A stretch of 64,000 nt of DNA, taken from NCBI RefSeq assembly GCF_964188315.1, contig NC_135657.1:37820001-37884000 (forward strand), given 5' to 3'. Numbering within the stretch: position 1 is the first letter of the stretch; each line of letters begins with the position of its first letter. The position numbers were made by a program, and so were the translations under genes. This DNA is from Podarcis muralis (taxonomy: Eukaryota). Below, piece by piece: positions 36,830 through 50,576 of the stretch. The notes beneath the pieces were generated by a model, which did not search any database, was not told the origin of the DNA, and was given only the letters and a program-made list of their open reading frames with translations.

Positions 36830-37284
36830 TGATTTCCCATTATTATATTTATTATTATATTCATATTGCATTATTATATTCATTACTGCATGCAAAAATA
36901 ATTTAAACAGATGTACGATTTTTCAGGCAGCAAAAATACCTTGGCTTTTGGGTGACCTGGGCCTCTCGTCAGGCAAAAATGGGGATAGGTGTGTGCAGCA
37001 GCACTGGCAGGCAATATACCTCTGGGCAATACAAGCCTAGAAGCCTCAACTTCTATGAAGGTCCGGAAAACCCAGAGGCATCATACTGTGTGCCAATTAC
37101 AGGTTAATAAAACAGTACCTTCTTGCTGCACTTCAGTCTCCAACTGAAGTCAAGTTTGTTGGATGGCAAGGAAAAAATTGGTATATAAAAGGAGAAATCT
37201 TGGATACCAAGATCCAAGTTTGGGGCAAGTACTCTTTGGTGAGGTAACACCAGCAGAGATTTAAAATCACAAAATATGCAGCGA

Positions 37285-37645
37285 GGTAACGGGTGGCGCT
37301 GTGGGTAAAAGCCTCAGCGCCTAGGGCTTGCCGATCGAAAGGTTGGCGGTTCGAATCCCCGCGGCGGGGTGCGCTCCCGTTGTTCGGTCCCAGCGCCTGC
37401 CAACCTAGCAGTTCGAAAGCACCCCCGGGTGCAAGTAGATAAATAGGGACCGCTTTCTAGGGGGAAGGTAAACGGCGTTCCGTGTGCAGCTCTGGCTCGC
37501 CAGAGAAGCAATGCCACGCTGGCCACGTGACCCAGAAGTGTCTCCAGACAGCGCTGGCCCCCGGCCTCTTGAGTGAGATGGGCGCACAACCCTAGAGTCT
37601 GTCAAGACTGGCCCGTACGGGCAGGGGTACCTTTACCTTTACCTT
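37285..37645 (+). mobile_element. Sauria SINE, second subfamily, near full length
   Basis: gggtggcgctgtgggtaaaagcc...ggttcgaatcccc (B box)...ggcccgtacgggcaggggtacctttacctttacc. Confidence 0.92.
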
Positions 37646-40056
37646 AAAACGTGGAAATATAAGCTATTTGACCTTTAAAATGTGCCATTCCAAGTTCCTG
37701 CCAAAATTTCCCTCTTCCCCCATCATAGAAAAAGATCACACATTTGGCAAGTTAAAAATGCTTACAAACTCTCCCAATGCCCTATTCACATGTTTCAGAT
37801 TCAGAAAACACAGGCAATAAACTTGGCTTAGTACAGTGGTGAAGGTTCCTAAATTACTGGTACAGGAACACAAACATAGTTTGTAAGAGCCATGTGTTTA
37901 AGCTGCAGCAACCAGCTTAGCCTCTTCACATGGCAAGCTTCTCTGATAGACTGAGAACAAAGTCTTGATTACTTGGTCCCTCCCACAGGAGAGAAGCCTG
38001 GCAGGACAACTTACTCTATGGTCTTAACCCCTTCGTGCATTAATTAGACTTAAACATGTTGATTATAGGAGGCTAGCTATCCCACAAAACTGACCTCAAA
38101 GACAACTGTGCCCCAGAGCATTCACTGGGCCCTGCCTTCAGCACCTTTCAATAGCACAACCGTAAGGTGACTTTTTCTTGATTAAATTCTAAAGACCCAC
38201 TATGTGGTGGTGTGCTGCTTATGGAATATCCTCCCTTCTGTGGTACAGCAAGCTAAATTAAAATGTGGCTATTTTTAATGGGTTTTCCCCTCATGCATTT
38301 GCTGGCATTCACCTAAGATTTATTCATTTGGCCAATTATGCATGGTATAAAAGAGAATACAGTATGCTGCACCAAAAAAGAGGACCAAAGAAGACCATAA
38401 GAATTGAATATGGTAATTTATATGAAATTTTTTGAAGTATTGGCTGTTATTTAAACAGAAGTACAGTACACCTCACCATAGTGAGGAACAGGCCAGGTGA
38501 CATCTGTGCCTGCTCAGTCTGCTGACCAGGTGCTGCTAAGTGTTAAAGAGCAAATTCAATGCTTCTGCTCCCCTTTTTTATGGATCTTTAACTTGAAACC
38601 AGACTTGGAGTCCCCATACAGAGAACACCTTCAAACAGAGGACTACCCTGTTGAAAAATTAGGACTGCCGTCTGCAAAATATAGCAAATGGCCAGTCTTA
38701 GATTGAAATAAGTATCTACTCTGCACTTTAATACAGTTGAGTTATATTTAGCAGCTCTATTAACTTACTGTATTATCATTATAATTTAAACGTAACTTTA
38801 CTGTGCCCTGCTCTGATATAGTTGTGATGAAGAGTGGGCGATAAATATTTAAAGTAAGTGAATAAATATTACATCAGGGTTTGACATTAGATGCCACATG
38901 AGCGGCTGTGATGGGGAAGCAATCTTTCCCAGCACACCCCAAGAGTCAGAAGGTTCTGCAATGTGCACAAGTCAACAGAGCAGTGTCTTCTTCAGCAGAA
39001 CTCCATGCTGGAAGACATACTCCATGTCTGGGAAACTCCTCTTTACTTCCTCCTTCTCAACTTCATGTATGCCCCCATTACCCACACAGCTTGAGGTAGT
39101 AGGCCTCTGCATAATGTTTGTTCAAATGTGAGGTTGTTGGGGGTTTTTTTTTGTTCTTTTCCTTAAGTCCCAATTACTTCTCCAGTTAAGACATCAGAAC
39201 TAGATTTGTCACTTAACCATCTGGAATAAGCAATCACTGGAGGTGGCAGTTCCTCGGCCTGTCACACTTTTCAACGGCACTAATATAATTCAGATGTTTT
39301 ACAAACCAGCAATGACAACCGGGCATGAAATTAAAATGTTTGCAGAGCTCACTGAGTGGAAAATGACGGCTGGGTAAGGGGAAAAGGCAGGTATTGGGGT
39401 GGAAGAAAGAGACAGGCAGCTGAGGGGCCTTTGCCGCCAATCGCCTGCCTTGAGCTGCTACATCCACTTTGCGCTCCCAAGGAAAGGATCTTGTAAATGT
39501 TGTTGCCAAGTCAAGAGGGAAAGTGTGAGAGAGAGACTTTCACCTGGCAGGAACATGAAAAGTGAATCAGTTTCCCCTTCATTTTTTAGCATACCTCATG
39601 TTTAATCCCGTTGCCCCTAAAGCACCCAGGCAAAAAAGATGTCAGAGTTGCCTCTACAATATGAATTCCACTCAGTTGCTACAGCTCCTCATTTTTGTAT
39701 TCGTCCCCATTGCTCTACAGACACTTTTCGGCACAATCCAAAGGCTAGTGCCGTTGTGAAGATATAGGAGCCCCTTGGGTTAATAGTTGCTTGCATGTTG
39801 TGTAATTGCACAAGGAAGCCCAACTGCAGTGGCAGAAGTTTTAAACTCAGTCCTAAGAGCAATGGCAGAGCTGACAGTAACCATGAAATCTACATAGAAG
39901 GGCCTAGAATGGTCAGGAGTATTTCAAGCACTGGTGAACAAAGCTGTTAGAATGTTTGCTATACAGCCTCCATGAGAGGAGGAAAGAAAGTTGTCAGTTT
40001 GGCAAGGGAAAATTCCAGAGCAGTCACTGGGTTCATCTGCTACAGGCAGCAAAAGC

Positions 40057-40142
40057 AAACAGAGTCTTGTGGCACCTTTAAAGTCTAATAGATACGGTAC
40101 AGCATAAGCTGCCATGGGCTGTAGTACTCCCAGTCAGATATC
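40057..40142 (-). mobile_element. Degenerate Penelope-like pLTR fragment (hammerhead core decayed)
   Basis: aaacagagtcttgtggcacctttaaagtctaa...gcataagct...atggg...tcagat follows the layout of the 18385 arm, but the GAAA and CUGANGA boxes are mutated. Confidence 0.5.
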
Positions 40143-40543
40143 AGAGGAGGAAATGTCAATATTTGCATTTTTAAAAAACAGCATTTGCATTTAAAAGAAA
40201 CAACACTTCCTTTGCTTGACTCAGGATATATACTTATGTGATTAACAATTAAAGCTTTTAATATCTCATTAAGGTAAAGTATATAAAAATAGAGAAGTTT
40301 ATATGCAATGTGGGTAAGCATTTTCTTTCTGATGTCTACACATTCATATGGTGCAAGGGAGAGAGGGAGGTTTTTCTTTTTAAACTGTGATGGGTCAGAG
40401 GTTGAGGTTTTCCTCCATCCAAGTTCTGAAATCTTTGTTGTCCCAGAAAAATCGTGTCAGCTGAAGACATAAAATAATATGGCATCAATGAAAACAAAAC
40501 AAAACAAAACCAAAACCAATTATTAAAATGCTTAATCCACTAC

Positions 40544-40695
40544 TGGAGATGGGCAAGAAATTCAATTCAGGTTTTATTAAAAGGTGAACCTCCCTAATTT
40601 GCACTTTCTGAAACAATACACAAACCAAAAACTAGCCGAAATTCAAACTTTTCTGAAAAACGAGAAACCAAAATGGACAGATTTGCCCATCCCTA
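40544..40695. mobile_element. Short AGGGATG-ended DNA transposon remnant
   Basis: tggagatgggcaag ... tttgcccatcccta inverted ends. Confidence 0.5.
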
Positions 40696-40967
40696 TCCAT
40701 TACAAAGCTCCAAAAACTCATCAAGGTAAGAGACTTTTCTGTCCCTTATGCCCGCTTTTCATACCTTCAGTTACAGGAGGACACAGGGCAGGTCTTCCAG
40801 GGTTGGCCTCTGGATTCAGGAAGATTCATGTTGGAAGAAACGATACTTAAGACATCCAGTTGGAAGAAGTGGCCAGACATGGGAGCGTTGGAGGGCTGGG
40901 GAAGTGGCCTAGATAACTCACCAGTCACAGGGTTGTGAGGTATAAGATGCAGACACTGAAATGGCTA

Positions 40968-41316
40968 AAAGGTACCCCTGCCCGTACGGGCCAGTCTTGA
41001 CAGACTCTAGGGTTGTGCGCCCATCTCACTCAAGAGGCCGGGGGCCAGCGCTGTCCGGAGACACTTCCGGGTCACGTGGCCAGCGTGACATCGCTGCTCT
41101 GGTGAGCCAGAGCCGCATACAGAAACGCCGTTTACCTTCCCGCTATAAAGCGGTCCCTATTTATCTACTTGCACCCCGGGGTGCTTTCGAACTGCTAGGT
41201 TGGCAGGCGCTGGGACCGAGCAACGGGAGCGCACCCCGCCGCGGGGATTCGAACCGCCGACCTTTCGATCGGCAAGCCCTAGGCGCTGAGGCTTTTACCC
41301 ACAGCGCCACCCGCGT
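40968..41316 (-). mobile_element. Sauria SINE, second subfamily
   Basis: Reverse complement closely matches 37285-37645. Confidence 0.92.
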
Positions 41317-41587
41317 GGGTACTGTATGCTTACTGATTAGCCACTGTAGTTTCTGGCATCACCATAAAGGAAAGTTTGTTGAAAATACAGAGGCACAGGC
41401 AGTTTCCAAGGGCTCCACCCCCAATCTTCCTCAGAATTTACACTGAACTAGTGCAGCCAGTCATCTCTAATGGGAATCAATGTGGACAACTCTGGGTGTG
41501 CTTCAAAGTGCAGTGCTGGTGAGACCCCACCAACCCACCCTCTTGATTTGCTCACATGCACTATCTGTCATGGATGCATTAGCTCAG

Positions 41588-41662
41588 CTTCCTGCATTGC
41601 AGGGGGTTGGACTAGATGACCCTTGGGTTCCCTTCCAACTCTACAATTCTATGATTCTATGC
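41588..41662 (+). mobile_element. CR1-type 3' tail
   Basis: ttcctgcattgcagggggttggactagatgacccttgggttcccttccaactctacaattctatgattctatg. Confidence 0.85.
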
Positions 41663-42935
41663 AGAATTGTGTGATGGGCCTGTGTCCTGAATCTTTTAAC
41701 TATGTAGCGATGCTCATGACTTTTGTACCAGAGCTACTGCTTTTGCTGCTGCAGCAAGCAAATCTCCACCATCGCATCAGCTTCCTTCCCCCACCTACAA
41801 AATCCACTATCTCCCCAAAACATGCTTTACTTCTTGGAACCAAAAGTAGTAACTGTGCCTACAAAGCGATACAACTGGAGAAGATGTAGTTGTGGCACAA
41901 ATATGGCATGGTTCACGGGGGGGGGGGGAGAGATCACCCGTGAATAACAAAAGAGGGGTGCTGCATTACCCTGCAGCTTGAGCTGGGATATGCTGCAAGA
42001 GAACATTGTGCTATGTACCAATGAAGACACTAAAACAACTGAAGATGATGCTGTTTTCTGTTTCACACCGCAGGGCATTTTGATCAGAGGCAGGAAAAGA
42101 GAGGGACTTTAAAATATCTTCTAATTAAGAAGTGAATCTGCCTTGGGAGAGCAATTAAGTTGAATCTGTCCCTCGTTTACTAAGGTTCACGTTTCAGAAC
42201 TCCAGAAAGCGTTCCAAGTTCCAGCAATTAAGCTGTGCACCGCTACCTTCCTAACCCCACTGCAAGGAAATTTCTTCCATCTCTGCTTTTATCCAGCCTC
42301 CACAGCACCCTCTAATGTCAGTAAGGAGAAGAGAAATGGCAACACCAAAGCAGAAAGAGTTTGTGGGCAAGGAATAGGGCTGTTGTACACATTCAAATTT
42401 CAGGTTTTTACAGTAGCAAAATGACACCGCACAGGTTTAATTAAAAGCCTTCAAACCGTATTCTGAAGTTCATTTAAAAAAAAAACAGGCAGCATAATCT
42501 GACATCTCGGAGAAGGTCAAAAGAGTAATACAGTAGTTTAAGCCCAAAACATGATTTGGTTCAGGGCTTAAATGAAGCTGCATGCTCTGTGGAAATACAG
42601 AATATTAAGTGTCAGTTCAATATTTACCCTTTTGGTCCACCAAAGGCAAAACATTCTCCATTCAGGACAAATAGCTTCTGCAGCTCGGACTTCCAAGCAT
42701 TGAAATGAACACATCTGGAATTCTGAGCATGCCCTTTGAAGCAGTCCTGCGGGCTTCCAAGATGAGAAAGAGGCGAGTTCAGAATACTGACAGTTCATGT
42801 CAATTACCTCCCAGCAACAAATTGGAAAGCAATTGACACCAAACCTCAGGATTTCAGTTTCCCAAGCAAAGGCTCAGGGGATAGAGGGCCTCAGTACAAA
42901 CACCAGTTGGAAAGGACGCTATAGTGACCACACTG

Positions 42936-43025
42936 AGGGTGCAATCCCAGGTTTACTCAGAAGCAAATCCCACATGGTTCAATGCGGCTTACTTCCAAGG
43001 AAGTGTGCACAGGGAATGCAACTTG
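42936..43025. mobile_element. Short palindromic MITE (tgcaatcc...gtttactcagaag...cttact...ggattgca family); several degenerate relatives elsewhere (about 31500, 32030, 33870, 34010, 43110, 48430)
   Basis: Imperfect inverted ends and a shared internal motif. Confidence 0.55.
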
Positions 43026-44699
43026 TGAGAGGGCTGCCTGATGCAGTCTGACCTATCTATGCTTTCAATGGTTATAATTAAATATAATCACAACCATGAA
43101 ACTTAGATCCAAGGCTGCAATCCAATTCACATTTATCTGAGTAAGCTTTCATAAGATTGGGCTGTGTTTTCTATTGGCGAAAGCTTTTGCCCTGCTACAG
43201 TTTCACAAGATTTCTTTGGCTGTCTTTTCACAGTCAATTTAGACCATTCTATAAATTAGAGGGGTTGGGATACATAGCTGAATATGATCCTCCTTGTTTG
43301 TGTTGAGCTGCTCTCTTCGTAAGGAAGCAAGGCGCAGTTTTGGGGAACATCTCTTTTCAAGCATTCCTTGCTGGTTGACCCAACAAAAAAATAGATTTTT
43401 GTTTGCTATTACTGACAGGAAGGTGGCTGAAAAGGTAGCTTCCTTCACTGTTGTGGCAGCACAAGTACATCAAAACATTAAATCAGTGCAAGAGGTGAAT
43501 TGTTGTGGCCACAATTGATTCTCTATTCATATGCTGTTTTACTCTGTACCTGAAAACTACAAATGTGTTATGATCCATGGTTTGAAGAAATACAAGCACT
43601 TTCAACAGGAGCCAGTCCTGCTATACAGTTGACTGAAGACTAGGAAACTGGAACACAGGCAGCACTCAAGTCCAGCAGATAAGCAGAACCTGGAAAAAGG
43701 AGTTGCCAATAGGAAATGCCATAGTTGCAAATATCTGCTTGGCTGAGATGAGGAGGATAAAGGATTTAAGAGACGTGGGCATGCTCCAGCACCTTTAAAA
43801 TGCCTGAGAGATTCCACCAATCAGCGGATCACTGGAATCAACTTTGAACACTTTAAGCAACCTCAATTTGGAAATAAAAGGTATTGAAGGCAAAGGACCT
43901 TTTCTTTTACCCTCATCAGTTGGTCCAAGGCTTTAAATGATGTAACAAATTGAAATAAAATACATGTCTAACGGTGCATTTGGCAGCAAAGCTGGCATGG
44001 CCACGCCAGACAGTGGGCAGCTGTAGAGGAGCAGAGGGCATAAAGCCTCTTCCTGCTGCCAGCCTCTGAAGGAAATGGGCCGAAGCATGCAGAGATGGTT
44101 TCACCAATCTTCTTTTGCCTCAGAGGAAAGGAGACAGGATTTAGATAGATGGATAGATAATAATAAAAGAATATATTCATTAGCAAATTAATTAAATAAG
44201 GGGAACTCATCCTCAATATTAGCATTCCAGCAGGGAAAAACCATCTACTATTTATAGTGTCACTAATCTGGCTATTACAGAATTGTAGAGCTGGGTCACA
44301 TGAGTGTTGGTGCCATTAAATTTCCCCCACATGATTGTATTAAGTTTTGCTTGTGCCTATTCTTGGGTTCACATATGCCTACAGTGATATGAAGGTCACC
44401 GCAAACTAGAGACAGAATATGTACATCAGTATATAGCACAGGTTAACTTTTTTTTCTTTTGCCTGAGAGGGCACATTAAAGGTTCCCAAGTCCACATGCT
44501 AGTTTGTGCATGGAAATGGCCACAGTCAGAGTAGTTGTTCCTACTTTTTCACATAGACACAGACACACACCTACAGATATATACCATGCATACACACTCA
44601 CCACAAGCAGCACACAGCATATGCAGAGTGTGTGCTCTCTCTCGCTCTCTCTCTCTCTCTCACACACACTCACCACATCTCATACTTGTATGGAAAAAA

Positions 44700-45372
44700 T
44701 AATAGAATCACAGGCTTGTAGAGCTGGAAAGGTATCGAGGGTCTTGTAGTTCAATGCCCTGCAATGCAGGAATCTCAACAAGAACATACATGACAAATGG
44801 CCATCCAACCTCCAAGGAAGGAGAGTCCACCACTTCCTGTAGCAGTTTGTTGAAGAGCTCTTACTTGTCAGAAAGTTTTTCTTGATGTTTAGCTGGAATC
44901 TCCTTTCTTGTAACTAGAAGCCATTGATTTGGGTCCTAGCTTCCAGAGCAGGTGAAAACAGCCCTTTAAATATTTGAAGATGGTTATCCTATCTCCTCTC
45001 AGCCCCCTCTTTAACAGGCTAAACATACCCAATTCCCTCAACTTGATTTCCAGACACTTGGTCATCTTGGTCACCCTCCTCTGCACATGTTCTACCTTGT
45101 CAATATCCTTCTTAAATTGGCACCCAAAACTGGACACAGTATTCCAGGTGTGGTCTGACTAAAGCAGAATAGAGCAGTATTACTCCCCTTGATCTGGACA
45201 CTATGCAGCATTGAATATCTTTTATTGCTGCTGCCATAACACTGTTGACTCATGTTAAACTTGTGGTCCTCTAAGACCCCTAGATCCTTTACAAGTGTAC
45301 TTCTGGCAAGCCAGGTGTCCCCATCTTATATTTGTGGATCTGGTTCTTCCTGTCTAGACACATTTGTCCCTA
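44700..45372 (-). mobile_element. CR1 LINE 3' fragment (about 670 bp)
   Basis: Minus [27 protein letters not shown]...LRELGMFSLLKRGLRGDRITIFKYLKGC is the CR1 ORF2 C-terminus; (GATTCTAT)-type tail. Confidence 0.9.
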
Positions 45373-47144
45373 TTATACAGTAGTAGCAGTTGTGACTCTG
45401 TGACCCTTCCTCAATCTCTCACAAACTTACGAGTTTAATTATTCATATTCTTGTCCCTCATCCCACCATTTTTCTTACCAAAGTCTATCTTTCACTTTTC
45501 CTTTCCTCACCCCCCTGTCCCAAGTAGCACCAATTTCCTACCTTCCACCCACCTTTGCTTCTCCTCTCTCTCTCCAAGGATATTACTAATAATTTAAATG
45601 AAATTCCTCTCTATTTTCTGACACCTCTTAGCAGGGTTCCCTGAAGAACCTAGATATTCAAATCAATTAGATAGCCTCTAATTGGGGACTCTGCTTCAAT
45701 GAAGTCAGTGCTGGGATCTCTCTCTCTCTGTCCTTGGAAAGCAGGGGCGGGGAGGATTTTTCTTGAAAGCGGTGAATATTATCTATGGCCCTTCCCCTGA
45801 TGAACATCTCTCTTGCTCTCTGTTTCAGGTTAGGAGGACGTACATTTTTTTAAGTGCAAAAAGAAAGCTAATAAGGGGAATGACACAAATTAGAGAGTAT
45901 GCCCTTAAGTGCCCCCATTTTGCTTTTGCCATTCATCCTTAGCCTCAAAGGCCCAAGACTGCACACAGACTCCTCTGCCAATAGGAGAGAGGTTTCAAGG
46001 AAGTTGTCAAGACACCTTTGACAGAGACTTAATGCAATCGCCACAGCCAGCATGCTTTTTAAAGGAGCAGGGGCCATTAAGAATAAAGGCCAAGAGGAGT
46101 CATAAGGGAAAGTAGATGCAAATCAGGCCATATGACTTTTCCTGTCATGGGCTCCTGATGGACAATTAGGATTCATTGAAATTCCACAGAAAAGCTTGTC
46201 AGAGGAGTGATGCTGTGGCCTAACAAGCAGGCCAGGGCAGTGGGGGCTTCCTATCCTGGACTGATCTCTGCTGCCAGTCCCTAACCACAGCTGATGCTTT
46301 TCAATCAAACAGGCTTCATAGAGCCTTCCCCAGTTATATTAGTGAAATTGCTCTCTTAGACATCAGTGGTCCACTGTGAGGGCACAAAGTCATCTAGTAA
46401 GTGCTTGCACAGACAACTTCCTGGGGGTCGGGAGGTGCATCCATGGCCTATGTCCAGGCCCAAATAATCCCATATCCTTTGGTGTAATATTTTTGCTTTG
46501 TGGGAATTTTGGGTATGGGTGTGTAGCGAACATTTTAGCAAAGCCCTAGTTAAGTGCAAAGCATGGACACGCGGAACCTTTGAAATGCACAGGGATAATT
46601 TTTTCACAGTGTGTTTTTGTACATAATGGTTTGCAATTGTCCGCACCTTCCCACAAGAAAGTAATCTAAAATGGCAGCTACTACCTCTGTCGTCTGCACA
46701 CACAGGTGGGCATGTTTTCAAACACAATGGTGTTCTCTAATCCCTTCTCCCTCTATTGATGTTGCCATAGACCTTAGTACACAGGGGTGGCTACCGGTAA
46801 GTTACTACACTGCTTCCTCTTTTGCCTATTTTATTCACAAACAAGTTAAACATGGTGAGGCACAGTGGCACAGCTCTACAACTTCAGCAGGTCCTCTCCA
46901 ATAGAAGGTGAACTGAGAAAGTGCTCCCTGCATATGCAGGAAGCACTTGAGAAATGATTTCTTGGCAGAAAAATGGATGCTAGCAGAATCTGATTTCAGT
47001 TGACAAACAGTGTGGGGCAGGGACGACATGAGGATGGCATCATGTGTACAGCACCCCAAAAAGACACCTGCATCCAGCACTGAAAGCACATTATCACAGA
47101 GTGTGTGTGTGCCCTAAGATTGAAAGGGGTACACATGCAGAAAT

Positions 47145-47337
47145 GGAGGAGGACTGCAGTTCAGTGGTAGAGCAACTGCTTTGCACAGAGATGCAGGTTC
47201 AGTCCCTGGCATCTCCTGGTATGGCTGGAATAGGCTCCTGTCTGAAATCCTGGAGGAACTGCTACCAGTCAATGTAGATAACACAGAGATCGGTGGACCA
47301 AAGGTCTGACTTGGTGTAAGGCAGATTCCTATGTTCC
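47145..47337 (+). mobile_element. tRNA-Ala-like-headed SINE
   Basis: cagttcagtggtagagcaactgctttgca...ggttcagtccctggcatctcc head; non-tRNA body ending gtaaggcagattcctatgttcc. Confidence 0.8.
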
Positions 47338-47679
47338 AATCCATACTGAAAAGAAATCCTATGTGGTAGTAATTTAAATATAGCTGCTGTTGCTGCTGCT
47401 GTTCCTCCTCCTTCTCTCCCCCCCCCCCATCTGGCTGGGTTTCCCCAGCTATGTGGCAGTTGGAAGCAGTGTGCTCGCCTAGATGACCCTTTGACCTGAT
47501 CCAGCATTTATTTAGATCCCACCTACATCCCAAAGAACTCAGGACAGCAAACACAGGGTTACCCCATGTGATCTTCACAACAATACTATGAAGCAATTAG
47601 GCTGAAATATGACATTGGTCTGGTTACTGGCTGAGATTAGACTGCAGCTGAGCTCTTTCTGTTCAAACACGATTGATTG

Positions 47680-47681
<2 letters not shown>

Positions 47682-47725
<44 letters not shown>

Positions 47726-47836
47726 TAGTAGGACCCCTCCCATCTGACTGGGTTGCCCCAGCCACTCTGGGCAGCTTCCAGCATATATAAAAACATAGTA
47801 AAACATTAAACCTTAAAAAGCTTCCTTATACAGGGG
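47682..47836 (-). mobile_element. L2 3' end with (TTA)n tail
   Basis: ccatctgactgggttgccccagccactctgggcagcttcca matches the L2 3'UTR; (TAA)n run at about 47682-47723. Confidence 0.85.
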
Positions 47837-50167
47837 AGCTATGCACTGCCGTATCTCTTATGTATTTGATGAACAGATACAAAAGACATTGCAGGGGGGA
47901 AACCTGATTTGTTTTGTTTTGTTTTGCATTTTAGCTGCTTTAGTTACCAAAATATATTCAGAGAGATAGCTTTCCTACTGCAGGAAAAGCACCATTTCTT
48001 CCTTAGGTACCATGTCTAATGGACTTGGTAGGTATCTTGTCCAATTTTTATGTGCAATTTTTACTTTCTTCCAGTGCAGAAATTGCACTGCTTAGCAAAA
48101 GATTGAAATAAGCAGTTTTGCTTACTCCATTTTTGATTGGTACATAGTACTGTTTTCTTTTTCATCTTTGGAAGCATTTTGAAGACGCTTCAGGCATTTA
48201 CCTTACAATACAGCATTCACTTACAATTTTTATCATCATCATTTTCTTTATTCATATCAAAGTCTACTTGCATCTGTTGTGTTATCAGTTTGCATAGTGG
48301 TATACAGAATATAGGAGCAAAAAGTCCCTGTCTGGAGGAGCTTACAATCTAAAATTTGGCACATGGGAAACATCCAGCACAGAATAAAGACTAACAGCAC
48401 AAGCTGCTACCTATTAACTCAGAAATAAGACCCATTGATTTCCATGCAGGTTATTTCCCTCTAAGGTCTTATAGGACTGCAGCCTAAAAGAGACAAAAGT
48501 GGGGGGTGACACTTATCATAACTGGCTTGAATAGGCCACAGCAACTTGGAGAAGCTTAAAAAGATGCACGGTTCTTTTCTGTCCTCATCCACTCAACCTC
48601 ACTGGCAACAGCTGACAGGTGCCACTCACAGTTTACATGATCAACAAAGCAAAACATATCTGAGACTACTGCATGACTGCTCTGGCACACATATAATGCA
48701 TTCTCAAAGAGGTGTTCAAAATAAAGGAAAAGGAGGGGTACAAAAACCAGCCAGGAGTGACTTCTACCAGGAAAAGGTAAAGGGGAAATAAATCCTAATT
48801 TCAGAAGCTCATTGCAGTGTAATTATCAAACGGCGACAGTAGGCTGAGATGCTTGCTAATTAAGGCCGCATTTCTTTATGACTAGTTATTTCGAGTTGTC
48901 ATTTGACAGACTGAAGGGAGGAGGGACGTGCACATAAAGTTGTTTTTAATTACATTTGGTATGCTAATTTCTGATATAAAATAAATATTTACCGGGAGCA
49001 ATATTTCTTCATTTCACGCTGGCTGCACTGTAGTGTTTATCAAGGGTTACAAACAGGCTGCTATCGCCCAGCCCTCTCTGCCAGCACCCTCACCGCTTTC
49101 AAAAGAGGACAACATGGCCTAGAGCATTCTGGGTGACAGGCCAGGTATCAGGAGAGCACAGACCCAGGAACGAATTGGGAGTGGGAAAGAAGCATTTATC
49201 TCACAAACTTTATTTCCCTTATCCATCTTCAGCATAAATTCCAGCAGCCTTTCTTTCCTTCTTGCCAGGAATCAAATTGCCGGGTAAAAAAGGATAAACT
49301 TCACGTAGCACCTGTGTTTCTCACAGGATGCATTGACAGTATTTCAGTTGCCTAAAGCCTAACGGAAAGCTTCTGGGAAGCAAGGAGGCGGCAGGAAGGT
49401 GACAATACTTCCTAGCCCCTCGAACGTGCCCTGTGGTCCCGAGGCATGTGATAAATGTTGGCATTAACATACTCACTTGTATGGAAAACCTTTCGCTTTC
49501 TACCCAATTGCTAATCCTTTGTGTCCTCTGCCTATCTGAGCATCATATTACTTCTGCCCCCACAAACCCAACACATCCCAGGCTTGTGCCCACACCAAGC
49601 ATTTAAAGCACATGTTGGCATGACCAACTTAGGCTCACTATTCTGAATAGCCAAAGGACAATGTGTTGCCCACACACTCCCCCCCCCCCCCATGTACAAA
49701 AGCCAACCCAAATGGCAGCTGAATCTTACTTTCCCTGGTGATGAATAGGATAGTGTCTGAACACAACCTTCCCCCCTTTCACCCCAAAGTGGGTGAAATT
49801 TACAGGGTGCATTAAGCATACCAAATTGCAGACAAATAGGTCCAGGGCCTTCTTGTGGGGAGAAGTAAAAGGGATTCACTTTCCCCCAGATTCTATTTAG
49901 AGGAGTGGAGTTGTCTCCTGCTCTTTCTTAACTTAAAATGATAAAGAGGTAGGTTGTTGAGTTGGGTGTACTCTTACTTGTAAGCACATTTTTCAAAGCT
50001 TCAAACTGGCCTTTCCTTTCTGGCACTGGTGTCCTCCGATAGGCCTTACAACGTGAGGCTGTCCCAATTTATGCATCTCACCGGCCTTGCCTACGTCTTC
50101 CAATAGGCCCTAGGCCTGTGATACACCTTTCAATGTGAAGCTGCCTAGAAAGCTGCCTGCCGTGTTC

Positions 50168-50310
50168 NNNNNNNNNNNNNNNNNNNNNNNNNNNNNNNNN
50201 NNNNNNNNNNNNNNNNNNNNNNNNNNNNNNNNNNNNNNNNNNNNNNNNNNNNNNNNNNNNNNNNNNNNNNNNNNNNNNNNNNNNNNNNNNNNNNNNNNNN
50301 NNNNNNNNNN
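50168..50310. other. Assembly gap (N run)
   Basis: 143 N. Confidence 1.
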
Positions 50311-50576
50311 TTTTTGCCGTTAAAAGAAATCATCTGCCTCTGTATTTAGCAGAAAAGCAGGGGCGGAGAAATCCAGTGTTCTGCAGGAAACATTTTTGAC
50401 AGCCTCACTTCTTGCAAAGCCCACAGACCTAGAGTAATTCAGAGAGCTATGAACATATAAAGTGATTCCATACCAAAAGGCAAAAACAAATCTAGAGTAA
50501 CGGAGCGCCCAGTGGATTTGTGGGGACATTGGTATAACTGGGGGCGTGGGTATTTACACTGTGCTTCGACTCAGAG

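Noticed and set aside
36759-37040. Poly-Leu, poly-Asn, poly-Tyr and poly-Ile ORFs (also 3343, 28674, 28729, 47575)
   Set aside because: They are translations of (ATT)n microsatellites
40057-40142. Third functional hammerhead
   Set aside because: Core CUGANGA and GAAA boxes are mutated
40961-41446. 161-aa ORF
   Set aside because: Antisense read-through of a Sauria SINE; similar peptides occur at the other copies
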